Assembly (NCBI GenBank): GCA_951406725.2
Contig: OX597814.1
Coordinates: forward strand, 15,314,001-15,378,000
Reading direction: 5' to 3'
Source of the DNA: Octopus vulgaris
Lineage: Eukaryota
Length of the DNA stretch: 64,000 bases
Below the pieces are notes generated by a model. That model did no database searches, was not told where the DNA came from, and saw only the letters and a program-made list of their open reading frames with translations. The translations under genes were made by a program, and so were the position numbers. Below are positions 27,491 through 39,508 of the stretch, in pieces (within the stretch, counting starts at the first letter, position 1; each line of letters begins with the position of its first letter).

Positions 27491-27828
27491 TATATAGCAG
27501 TTCAGCCAAAAAAAAAAAGAAAACTGGTAGACTTAGCACATGACATTAAAAAAAGAGAATAAGTACCAAACTCGATTCGTTCGTCTTAAATTCTGAAAGG
27601 CAATGCACCAGTATGGCCGCAAATTAGGGACTTAAACAAGTAAAAGAAAAGAAGAGAGAAAATATATATTATTCGATGACAGTTTGATAAGTAACTTAGG
27701 CCTGAAGAGGTAGGTTAGTTTTGCGAGCCCTAGAAACATTAAGATGCATCTATACTAATCAAACAGTTATTAAATAACTCCATCCAAATGTGTTCAGTAC
27801 CACTTTCTCATGTCCCTTCAGTCAATCG

Positions 27829-27890
<62 letters not shown>

Positions 27891-27893
<3 letters not shown>

Positions 27894-28062
27894 ACTCGAA
27901 GTGAGGTAAATAAGAAGCAAATAAGTAACAAGGATGTCCAGGCATTACGGCCGTTTCATGCACCTCGATTTAATCGATCAATGCAAGCATTACATCAATT
28001 TGAAATAAACCACTCTCCTCGGCTAATACCTGGACATCCTTGTTACTTATTTGCTTTATAAA
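27891..28062. mobile_element. Fold-back insert in (TA)n with 33-bp inverted arms
   Basis: 27915-27947 vs 28024-28056, one mismatch; minus strand GAAACGGCCGTA (HHR 3' half). Confidence 0.6.
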
Positions 28063-28074
28063 TATATATATATA

Positions 28075-28395
28075 TAAAGAATAACATTTTTGAATGGTAC
28101 AACAATGCACTGTAATAAAGTCAACTCCTGTTGTAATTTAGTCACCCATAGTCTGATATATTTCGGAATAATATTCCTTCCTCAGATACATTAGGAAGCC
28201 GATTATAGCAGCGACTCCATCTAAGAATATCTGAAGAAGGAATATTATTCCGAAATATCATATAATACTATGGATGACTAAATTACAACGGGTATATAGC
28301 CCATTGCCTATATTATAGTGCATTGTTGTACCAGTCAAAAACTTTTTATTCTTTACAAACAATACACAATGCTTCAAGCGAACTACAATACTTTG

Positions 28396-28400
<5 letters not shown>
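28075..28400. mobile_element. Fold-back insert between TA tracts with an HHR motif on each arm (Penelope-like pLTR remnant)
   Basis: Imperfect inverted arms at about 28075-28190 and 28225-28355. Confidence 0.7.
28151..28189 (-). ncRNA. Minimal type I hammerhead ribozyme motif
   Basis: Minus strand GTAT-CTGAGGA-A-GGAA(TATTA)TTCC-GAAA-TATA-TC^AGAC: intact core, helix II, palindromic helix III, helix I with 3 of 4 bp. Confidence 0.65.
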
Positions 28401-28448
<48 letters not shown>

Positions 28449-28456
28449 AAATAAAA

Positions 28457-28675
28457 GCGCCCTATTAAAACCTAGCCAAGCTCATGGGCCCGGTTTTCCT
28501 GTTTCAATGTCGTATGTGTCGCAGCGCTACTTATTTTTGCCAGTTGAGTGGACTTGAGTAACGTGAAATGAAGTGTTTTGCTCAAGAACACCACGCGTCG
28601 CCCGGTCCAGGAATCGAAACTACAATCATGCAATCATGAGGCTGACACCCTAACCACTAAACGACAAGCCTCCAC
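28457..28675 (-). mobile_element. SINE family D (CORE-like) with tail iii
   Basis: Matches 36492-36738 in reverse, with an internal deletion. Confidence 0.85.
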
Positions 28676-28991
28676 ACACACACACACACATATCTGAGAG
28701 TAAACGTAAGGACAAGCAAGTTATGCAAGTCGATGAACAAAAGTGTGAAATGCATTTTAATGCAAAAAAATGTACATATGTATACATATGAAAAAGTCCG
28801 ACTTACACAGAATAATTCCTGATATTTCCATTCTGTTTAAGTTGTTTTGTATTAAATGTATGTAATATTTTTTGTACATCGACTTCCCTAACTTACTTCT
28901 CCTTACATTTACTCCCCTACCTGCTCAAATCCAAATCTCTCAAGCACTACGAGATATATTCTATCAAGAGAACACCTGCCTCGAATCTATA

Positions 28992-29046
<55 letters not shown>

Positions 29047-29909
29047 TAGATGTATTATGTATGTACATGATTAATAAATAGATGTAACGAAGTGCATTTT
29101 ACCGGTGACTGTGCAGCCTTTTAAGCGTTATGTGTTATGTAGTATTACATTATCGAATGAATTGTAGATTCGCATATACCGATGAATGTCAACGTTTCTT
29201 TATTCAAAACGAGGGAAGTGAACGAAGATTCCCCCTTTTGTTTTCTTATATATCGGGCGATCGCTCAAAGGCTTCCTTTTTCTTTGTACATCCGGTAAAA
29301 TTTGAGGAGATAAAAATCTCCATATCAGAAATATGTGTTTTGGTGGATACTGTTTAGTTACTAGCATTCACCTTTTGGAACTGGCAACAGGAAGAGTCGG
29401 ACCATTGATTTCATAACATTTAAGAAGCTAATATCGCTGGTCTCTCTTATCAGAATATTCAATGACGAAAAATAAAAGACTACATACATGTTTATCAATG
29501 CGTCCTACGATCATTATTTACAAACACGGAAAGATAGACCGTTAGACATGTATGTACATAAGTATTTATATGGTCATAGACTTTTCAATCGTATCTTTAT
29601 ATACAGTTTTGATCTTCAGATGTTCGAAATGAAAGAATAGTGGAAAATTTTTCACAAACAAACCAAAAATTACTACCATATGAATGAAAAAAAAAATATG
29701 ATTATAAAATACACGTTAAAATTAAGCTGTCTGAAAAGGCGTTTGATCTGTTAAAAGAACTAAGCTGAGAGTAAATTATATATATATACATACGTAAGCA
29801 CTCATAAAAGCTCACACAAGCTCACACATAAATTCTCTCATGCTTTTATACTCATTCATATATAAATATACATTACATAAATGAATAAATATGCGCGTAT
29901 GTATACATT

Positions 29910-30115
29910 CTTTTATTCTTCTACTTGTTTCAGTCATTTGTCTACGGCCATTCTAGAGCACTGCCTTTAGTCGAGCAAATCGAACCCATGCCTTATTCTT
30001 TGTAAGCCTAGTACTTATTCTATCGGACACTCAGGCCAAACCGCTAAGTTACGGGGACGTAAACACACCAGTATCGGTTGTCAAGCGATTTTGGGGGACA
30101 CAGACACAGACACAA

Positions 30116-30148
<33 letters not shown>

Positions 30149-30174
30149 CATACGACGGGCTTCTTTCAGTTTCC
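29910..30174 (-). mobile_element. SINE family B lacking its 5' part, abutting the HHR-bearing element
   Basis: Family B match stops at TTTCAGTTTCC (30174). Confidence 0.85.
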
Positions 30175-30225
30175 ATTTTATATGTATATGTAAAAAAAAT
30201 TTTTCACACTTATAATAAATTAAAT

Positions 30226-30336
30226 TCTCTGAAGAGGCCGTGGGACATCCTTGTTAATGTCTCATTTATACCTGCCTTATATGGCTTATAGGTTAAATGA
30301 GGCATACTTGTCCTCACGGCCGAAACAGCTGTCAGA
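30226..30336 (+). ncRNA. Type I hammerhead ribozyme motif with long (~86 nt) helix II
   Basis: TCT-CTGAAGA(30229-35)-GGCCGTG...CACGGCC-GAAA(30322-25)-CAGCTG-TC^(30333)-AGA. Confidence 0.7.
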
Positions 30337-30740
30337 TATGATATAATTATATATTATATTTTATATTTTATATTTCTATTCCCTTGTCTAATTATATTTA
30401 CAATATATTTTGTATAATGCCTTTGCTGTTATGTAATGGTGTAATAAAGTATTGATTGGGTATCATCTGATGGTTGATGTTTGATTGATTTAAGTATGTT
30501 TCTCCATTTTCTAATTTTGTATTATTAATTTACGGTAATATTTTTACCCTTACCCACATAATACAGTAGATGAATTAATTGCATGGCAATTTTTAACATT
30601 TATGTATTAGTCTTGTTGGGTACCTCTCTAGCAGTATATTGGATATATGTTATCCCATGGTGGGTTGAATTTTCAACCCCTATCTCATTTTATAATATAT
30701 ATATATATATAAATATGTATATATGTACATGTAAGTAAAT

Positions 30741-30786
<46 letters not shown>

Positions 30787-31081
30787 GTATATATATATGT
30801 GTGTGTGTGTATAAGATTTACAGAAATATATATGTGTACATAGATATATACAAATGCACAATATATAATACAATTGGTGTTCATATATATATTGTTGCAT
30901 TTGGGGATGGTAATGTTTGATTTTTCACCAAATAAAAGCACGCACTATATATTCCTTCTTCATTCGTTTATGAATGTTCTTAATCTAACTCGTGTCGATT
31001 GTCCAGAAATATTACGTTACACAGCTATGACCTCTTCAGCAACACTTTCCGTCTTCGTGTGTCCTCTCACTCAGCTTATTC

Positions 31082-31169
<88 letters not shown>

Positions 31170-31419
31170 GGTGGTGGTATTTATGGTGAGCTGCTGGCTC
31201 CCATAATTACTCAAAGTACGATGATGGGAAAGTAATAAGGAAGACGAGTCATTCCGCAAATTTCGCTTTACCGATTTCTGTTGCTAAGAGGAGATAACCA
31301 ACCCAACATCCATGCATCCATCAAACTGTTCAAGGAGCAATTTGAGCCAACTATGTGTGCTTACAGGTATTTATCTCTAATAAGAAATTTTCTGCCCTAC
31401 AAAATATAATGCCTAGTTT

Positions 31420-31660
31420 CCATTGAGATTGGACCAAGAAAGTTCCCCTCCCCGGCACAATTCCGGGCTAGGCTGTTGGTCGAAATCCAGCACTTGCCAT
31501 GCATACCAGTTCCCACTCTCAACATCACTGATGTTGTTCAAAATAAAGGCAAAGGGTGATACAGCTTTACATTAGTGACGTTGCAACTAATTTCCTCAAG
31601 ACTGGTGCGGGAATCGAGCTCACAAAACCGAGCCTCTAATCACTGTGTCATGCGCCTTTA
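31420..31660 (-). mobile_element. Degenerate tRNA-derived SINE with a further tail type
   Basis: Minus strand AAGGCGCATGACACAGTGATTAGAGG...CTCGATTCCC head; tail unlike i-iii. Confidence 0.5.
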
Positions 31661-31701
31661 CACACTCACACGGACACACACTCCCAAACTCTCAAACACA
31701 C

Positions 31702-31785
31702 ACGATGGGGTGCTGGAAGATTGACCATCCACCCAGGCCTTTCTCGGCACCCTTAAAGCCAATAATTATTCTGCACCCCGTAGTA
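31702..31785. mobile_element. Tiny mariner-type MITE remnant related to 57015-57237
   Basis: ACGATGGGGTGC / GCACCCCGTAGT termini; CAGGCCTTT..CCTTAAAGCCAA shared with 57184-57213. Confidence 0.5.
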
Positions 31786-32069
31786 TAAAAGCTCTTATCT
31801 TATAGCTATATAGTCATTGGACTGCAGCCATGCTGGGGCAGGGCATTGAAAGATTTATTCGAACGAATCGTCAACAGAACTTATTTCTTTAATCATGGTA
31901 ATCATCCCTTTTGCAGAATTACTTGGTTAAAGAGACGTAAGCACTGCAACACCGGTTTGTTAAGTGATGATTTTGAAAGCATACACAAATACATACAGAC
32001 ACACATACACACAGACATATATTCTTACATATGAATTACCTTGTCATTTCATAGATTGAATTTCCATTA

Positions 32070-32362
32070 TAAGCCATTTAAGAAACACACAAAAACCCTT
32101 AGATTCACTTGAACATTTAAATTAAGTTGCCAAAATATTTTCGTCGCTTTGAGACCGCGACCTGTTCACCATGCAACACGGAATTTTGTCAGTGATCAGG
32201 TCGCGGTCTCAAAACGACGAAAATAATTTGGCAAATTAAATTTAAATGTTGACGTGAATCTAACGGCTTTTGTGTGTTTCTTAAATGGCTTCCACGATGC
32301 AATTGTTTTCGTTCCAGCACACGATCTCAGATCAGGTCACTAGGTGTGCAAGTACATTTCCG

Positions 32363-32365
<3 letters not shown>
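32070..32365. mobile_element. Fold-back insert with ~100-bp inverted arms carrying G3-C8 variant HHR motifs
   Basis: Arms at about 32071-32169 and 32192-32291; followed by (TA)n. Confidence 0.7.
32185..32235 (+). ncRNA. Hammerhead-like motif with G3-C8 core
   Basis: TTTGTCA-GTGATCA-G-GTCG(CGGTCTCAAAA)CGAC-GAAA-ATAA-TT^TGGCAAA; 7-bp helix I. Confidence 0.55.
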
Positions 32366-32413
<48 letters not shown>

Positions 32414-32417
32414 TATT

Positions 32418-32637
32418 CTTTTATTATTTTATTTGTTTCAGTCATTCGACTGCAGCCATGCTGGAGCACAGCCTTTAGTCGAACAAATCGACCTTAGGAC
32501 ATATTCTTTGTAAGCCTAGTGCTTATTCTATCGGTCTCCTTGACCGAATCGCTAAAGTACGGTGACGTAAACACGCCAACAACGGTAGTCAAGCAATGGT
32601 GGAGGTACAAACACAGATACACAAAAGCACACACACA

Positions 32638-32640
<3 letters not shown>
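32418..32640 (-). mobile_element. SINE family B 3' half
   Basis: Family B match. Confidence 0.85.
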
Positions 32641-32704
<64 letters not shown>

Positions 32705-32713
32705 TTATATATG

Positions 32714-32939
32714 TCTTTACTACCCACAAGGGGCTAAACACAGAGGAGACAAACAAGGACAGACAAACGGATTAAGTCGATTACATCGACCCCAGTGCGT
32801 AACTGGTACTTAATTTATCGACTCCGGAAGGATGAAAGGCAAAGTCGACCTCGGCGGAATTTGAATTCGGAACGTAACGGCAGACGAAATACGGCAACGC
32901 ATTTCGCCCGGCGTGCTAACGTTTCTGCCAGCTCGCCGC

Positions 32940-32941
<2 letters not shown>
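32714..32941 (-). mobile_element. SINE family A1, full length
   Basis: Family match; lies within a TA tract. Confidence 0.92.
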
Positions 32942-33026
<85 letters not shown>

Positions 33027-33821
33027 GGGGAGAAAGATTTAGAGAGTGAGATGGATAAATAGCTTGAGTGAGGAGAGAGTGAGTGAAAGCGATAGACAGG
33101 CGAATAGACTAATAAATGTGCGTATATATCTATAACTATCTCCAATAACCGAACGGTACATTACACATACATATACATTACACATAGATATACATGCACA
33201 CATATGTTTATGTGTGTGTGTGCATATAATGATGTTTAGTACTGATATTATTACAGTGAGGCATTAAGCAATCTTTGCTCTCTCTGTTCCTGAAGATAAC
33301 AAGCTATATTTAAATTTTATGTCCAACCAAGTCGAGATAATATTCATCTGGATTTATAAACACTTAGAATTTGAGGTGAAGCTACACAATATATTACATA
33401 AACTTGGAATTACACATTTGACTGTACTGATAACTTTAATATTGTTGTACTTAACACTAAAGAAGCACATGTTTTCTCACAAACGCATACGTACATCCAA
33501 GGAGGTACATAATGCATATATGAATATTTATATGTGTGTGTGTGTGTGTACCACAACAGGAAACGGAGATGATTTATGCTTGTAATCTAACATGTTGCTA
33601 ATTAGAGTGATGATTGTTCAAAGAACAAGAACTCTAGAGTAGTGACAGACTGATGTTTAAAGTTGAAGAAATAAAACACACATACACACATCATATATAT
33701 ATATACATATATTCAGTAAGTTCAGTAACTTTTCCTTGCAGTAGAATTTGGACAGGATCATTATCACGCATGCACGCTTCTACTGTGTGTGTGTGTGTGT
33801 GTGTGTCTCTCTCTCTCTCCC

Positions 33822-33874
<53 letters not shown>

Positions 33875-33883
33875 TTATATCGT

Positions 33884-34048
33884 AGGAGTGACTGTGTGGT
33901 AAGTAGCTTGCTAACCAACCACATGGTTCCGCGTTCAGTTCCATTGCGTGGAACCTGGGGCAAGTGTCTTCTACTATAACCTTGGGCCGACCAAAGCCTT
34001 GTGTGTGGATTTGGTAGACGGAAACTGAAAGAAGCCCATCGTATATAA

Positions 34049-34111
<63 letters not shown>

Positions 34112-34325
34112 TATGTTTGTGTGTCTGTATTTGTCCCCCAAGCATCCCTTGACAACCGTTGCTGGTGTGTTTACGTTCCCGTAACTAAGCGGTTCTGCAG
34201 GAGAGACTGATAGAATAAGTACTAGGCTTACAATGAATAAGTCCTGGGGTAGATTTGATCGATCAAGGTGGTGCTCCAGCATGGCGCAGCCAAATGATTG
34301 AAACATATAAAAGAGTAATGAGTAA
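33884..34325 (+). mobile_element. SINE family B, full length
   Basis: Family match; internal (TA)n(TG)n. Confidence 0.9.
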
Positions 34326-34685
34326 GGAGTAGACAGAAGGAACACAACAAACGGAAACCAACAAAACACAACACGCGGGAAAATAGACGAAAACACGACA
34401 ATCGACAAACAGGACAAAAACAAGTTACACGGATCATTTGCAGCCGATTACTTCATCAGTCAGTGTCCCGAAAGTCCTTTTAGTTTCGGCCCTTTATCTC
34501 AGATACTACACGAATCCGGTGGTTGCAAGGTACATAAGCTAAAAGCATTAAGCCTCTTAGAAAGGTACACGAATGAATACAAGAACGAAAGCAAGAACAG
34601 AAACAAGAACGGGAAAGCTAGAATTATTCACGTGCTACACAACGCCTTTCGGATATAGAATATAAGCAAAAATATATTGTATATA

Positions 34686-34961
34686 TCACGTGACCGACCA
34701 GACCATCAGCTGTTGTTACACATCGGTGGTCACAATGCGTTCGCATTGTTTTAGCCTTCGAATGACGCCACCCCGCTGGTTAAGCGAGCAGGCCAACAGA
34801 AGAAAGAGTACAGCAGGGATCACCCCGCCCCTTCCGGAGGCTCGTGGAGCTTTTAGGTGTTTTCGCTCAATAAACACTCACAACGCCCGGTCTGGGAATC
34901 GAAACCGCGATCCTGCGACCGCGAGTCCGCTGCCCTAACTACTAGGCCATTGCGCCTCCAC
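34686..34961 (-). mobile_element. SINE family C with tail ii
   Basis: Matches 17774-18077 with a short internal deletion. Confidence 0.9.
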
Positions 34962-35579
34962 ATATTGTGTATATATATACGAATGCAAATATGTAAATAA
35001 CAGAAAGGACCTTTCGGCTATCGAGTAACATTATGAAATAATAATGTAAGTGCAACAGAGGAAGAATTCTAAAATATACAAACACCTTTCGGCTATACAA
35101 CAAATGACAAGGTAATTGTACAATTACAACAATGATAACAGAAATAATATTTCGATTATCAGACAAGCGTAGTGAGCTGGCGCAATGGAAAAATGGAAAA
35201 TCTTAACCGACCGGGCGGAGGGATAGACGGACGCGAACAGCCTGAAGGGTGGCTGGTCGAAAAAGGATGAAAATGCCTTAACCGGACAGCGAACACGTAG
35301 TAGGAGACGAAAAGAGTTGAATATGGCCGAGGGACTTAGGAACAGGAGAGAGGGGAAAGAAGTCTGAGTGACTAAGGAATGAGAGGGAGGGGAGAGAGAG
35401 AGAAAAATGTACAAGGGTCGTATGTTAGGAAGCAAAGAAATTGAAAAATAAGAGTGAGGGAGGAAAAGAGATTAAGGAATACCAGAGAGGGAAAATAAAA
35501 TCGGAGGGACAGAGGAACGATAGAGAGAGAGAGAGAGAGAGAGAGACAAGGAGACAAAGAGAGAGAGACAAGGAGACAA

Positions 35580-35624
<45 letters not shown>

Positions 35625-35783
35625 AGGAAGAAAGAAATAAGGGAGAAAAGCGAGGAAAAGAGGGTGAAAGTCCTATACAATATTCAAGGAATATCTTTTT
35701 TTAACAAAGTAAACAAAAGAATGTACGGAAAGCCGCGTAGATTAATCAATGGTAGAACAGAAAAACCCAACAAACGGAAATCA

Positions 35784-35864
<81 letters not shown>

Positions 35865-36491
35865 AGTGTACGTGCGTTGTGTATCATATATATAATATAT
35901 ATTCAATATATTCTATATATTCTCTCTTCTCTCTCTCTCTCTCTCTCTGAATATATATATATATATATATATATCATGTATATATACTATGTATATAAAA
36001 CGTAAGCATATGTATCCCACAAATGCAAACTCGTATTATTATCCTCTCGAAATATAGTAGTCAAGACTGTGTCAGTGTGTTAATCATATCTTAACCCGAA
36101 GTCTTCACATGAAGATAAGATAATATATAGTGGAAATAAATTTTATAGAAACTTTAATAAATGACTTCGATTAAATGTTCCCTCTAGCGATTATATTATT
36201 ACGTTTATATATTGGCAAAATTGGCAAAATGACCATTCCTAAATACAACAATAAGATTATATTATTTATTTCCGAGAACATGTTTGCGATATATTTTTCG
36301 TCATTCCGGGTTCAAAGTCGAACGAGTCTGTAAAAATGCTATCACAATTACGTATTCTTTCAATCCAATTGCGGGGAATTTGTTCATTTAGTAACGACCC
36401 CACGCAAGCTGTCTTCAGAATTCATGAAACACGAAAAATCATATTATTTATTGTTTTCTGTGATTTTTTTTGCACCTCATATATTACGAGG

Positions 36492-36738
36492 GTGGACGCG
36501 CGTAGCTTAGTGGTTAGGGTGTCAGCATCATGATCGCAAGATTGTGGTTTCGATTCCTGGACCGGGCGACGTTTTGTGTTCTTGAGCAAAACACTTCATT
36601 TCACGTTACTCCAGTCCACTCAGCTGGCAAAAATGAGTAACACTGCGATGGACTGGCGTCCCGTCCAGCTGGGGAACATATACGCCATTGGAACCGGGAA
36701 ACCGGGCCCATGAGCCTGGCTAGGCTTTAAGAAGGCAT
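36492..36738 (+). mobile_element. SINE family D (tRNA head, CORE-like segment, V-like segment; tail iii)
   Basis: TAGCTTAGTGG A-box, GGTTTCGATTCC B-box, TTGTGTTCTTGAGCAAAACACTT CORE-like, CTGCGATGGACTGGCGTCCCGTCCAG V-like. Confidence 0.85.
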
Positions 36739-37837
36739 TTATTTATTTTTTTTTTATTTATATAAAGGCTTCAATTATTAGATACATTCTGATACTAATA
36801 TTCACGCATACATGACTTGTCAGTTTTTTTCTATCTTCAATAATATATGTCAGAAGAACTTCTGAATTAACGATAACCTTGCGTAAGTTAATACGTGAGT
36901 TGCAAGATAATGCTTCAGCAGACTTTGTTAGCTAGAGAGTCTGAGCCGTTTGCTTTTAGTTATAAGATGTCCTAGGAATATTTTCGCTATACCAATTTCG
37001 CTATACCATTTGAGATACTGAACTGGAGCCAGGAAAATATGTGCAACATGACCATGAGACAAGGAAGGTACTAACCATTACTGGTATTTAATAAGAAAAT
37101 TACAGTTCTCATCTACATGTTGTACATATTCATTCATGCTTAGTGTTATAAGTGGACTACGTAACAAGAAGTTCGCATAAAAGGCTACAAATGTCGGACT
37201 CCTTCAAGAATGACCAGAGCAAACTAATTTACTTCCTCTAAAATTCAATCAATTGGTCATACAGTGAAAGTTTAAAACTATTTCCATAGATTTTTCCGTT
37301 TCGTTGTTTTGGATTAAGCATAGAAAGAGAAATAATAGCGACGAATACACTCCCACACACTCACACACAAAAAACGCATGTATAGTACTCAAATGTCAAG
37401 CGCAATGCACACCCACTACATGAACACGAGTTTATTCACACATACATCTACACACATACACGCATCTCTCTCTGTCCCTCTCTCTCTCTTCACATACACA
37501 CACATACACACACACACATACATACACACACACACAGACATACTGGTCTAACACATTCAAAAGCAACGAATGCGCCAGAAGTCTTGACTTTATTTAACAA
37601 AAGAACTTGCCGTTAGTAACCGGCATAAATTCTGCAAAGTAAAAAGCGAAGCTTTTTGTAAAGCATAAACATAAATTACTAGGAATGTTTGTATGTGTGT
37701 TTATTGTATATGCGTGCATGGGTGCTTGTCTGTTGATTTTGTTTCATGGCCCTGCAACTTAGAGGTAAATGGAACAAAGAATTCAGTGGAATTTACGCTG
37801 AATACGGTCTGAATAAATTGACATGGAAAAATAATAC

Positions 37838-38230
37838 TCTCTTTTACTCTCTTTTACTTGTTTCAGTCATTTGACTGCGGCCATGCTGGAGCACCGCCTT
37901 CAGTCGAGCAAATCGAACCCGGGACTTATTCTTTGTAAGCCCAGTACTTATTCTATCGGTCTCTTTTGCCGAACCGCTAAGTGACGGGGACGTAAACACA
38001 CCAGCATCGGTTGTCAAGCAATGCTAGGGGGACAAACACAGACACACAAACACACACACAAACATATACATATATACGACAGGCTTCTTTCAGTTACCGT
38101 CTACCAAATCCACTCACAAGGCATTGGTCGGCCCGAGGCTATAGCAGAAGACACTTGCCCAAGATGCCACGCAGTGGGACTGAACCCGGAACCATGTGGT
38201 TGGTTAGCAAGCTACTTACCACACAGCCAC
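37838..38230 (-). mobile_element. SINE family B, young
   Basis: Near-identical to 27065-27490. Confidence 0.92.
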
Positions 38231-38684
38231 AACGTAAGAAATTATATGTCCTAATATGGATTCAACCAAATGGAATCAAATACAGTGGCAACAAAGTCAG
38301 GATAATGAAGCTACCATTCCTCTAAATATTCTAAACCCACACAGCCTCCCCGAAGAACCGCGAAGCCAAGGATTATAGGAAGCTGTCCAAAATTTAAAGT
38401 CCCCCGAGAAAATGTTATTTCGTTGATTGTTGCCACTAATAACATTTAGACGATCCGTTGAGAAGAATGTGTAGCTGACAACATTCTCGAAGCTAGCTGT
38501 CTAATTATGGTTTCCGTTTGACCGAGCTCTGTAAATCTGTGAAACGGATGAACATCAGAAAAGGTCTTAGATTTCAGCAGACTCCGGAAACAAAGCGGAA
38601 GCTTGCACATAAATAGTCATGGCAAACGAGCCGTCAATGTAGGGTACGTTGACAGAAATAATATAAATAATAACGGGAATACTG

Positions 38685-38855
38685 ATTTCAAATTTTGGCG
38701 CAAGGCCAGCAATTTCGAAGGAGAGGATAGTCGATTAAATCGACACTGCTACTCAATTGGTACTTATTTAACAGACGCCAAAAAGGATGAAAGCCGAAGT
38801 CGGTCTAAGTGGAATTTGAAACCGGCGCACTGATGATTCTGCTAGCTCGCCGCCT
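38685..38855 (-). mobile_element. SINE family A (A2 tail), degenerate
   Basis: TTTCAAATTTTGGCGCAAGGCCAGCAATTT tail; GCTCGCCGCC head. Confidence 0.75.
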
Positions 38856-38874
38856 TAATAATGATGAGAATATT

Positions 38875-39508
38875 TATTTCTTTACTACCCACAAGGGGCT
38901 AAACACAGAGGGAACAAACAAGGACAGACAAAGGGATTAAGTCGATTACATCGACCCCAGTGTATAACTGGTACTTAATTTATCGACCCCGAAAGGATGA
39001 AAGGCAAAGTCGACTTCGGTGGAATTTGAACTCAGAACGTAATGGCAGATGAAATGTCACTAAGCATTTCGCCCGGCGTGCTAACGATTCTGCCTGCTCA
39101 CCTCCCTACTCTTTACTTCTTTCAGTCATTTGACTGCGGCCATGCTGGAGCACCGCCTTTAGTCGAGCAAATCGACCCCGGGACTTATTCTTTGTAAGCC
39201 CAGTACTTATTATATCGATCTCTTTTGCCGAACCGCTAAGTGACGGGGACGTAAACACACCAGCATCGGTTGTCAAGCAATGCTAGGGGGACAAACACAA
39301 ACACATACACACACACACGCATATATATATATATACATATATATACGACAGGCTTCTTTCAGTTTCTGTCTACTAAATCCACTCACAAGGCTTTGGTCGG
39401 CCCGGGGCTATAGCAGAAGACACTTGCCCAAGATGCCACGCAGTGGGACTGAACCCGGAACCATGTGGCTGGTTAGCAAGCTACTTACCACACAGCCACT
39501 CCTGCCCT
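38875..39508 (-). mobile_element. Composite SINE B (39508-39107) plus SINE A1 (39105-38875) within one 14-bp TSD
   Basis: ATGATGAGAATATT at 38861-38874 and 39509-39522. Confidence 0.85.

Noticed and set aside
27695-27750. CTGAAGA...CCTAGAAACATTA hammerhead-like string
   Set aside because: No helix I and a poor helix III; at best a decayed remnant.
34425-34470. Minus-strand CTGATGA in a purine-rich repeat
   Set aside because: No intact GAAA or convincing helices.
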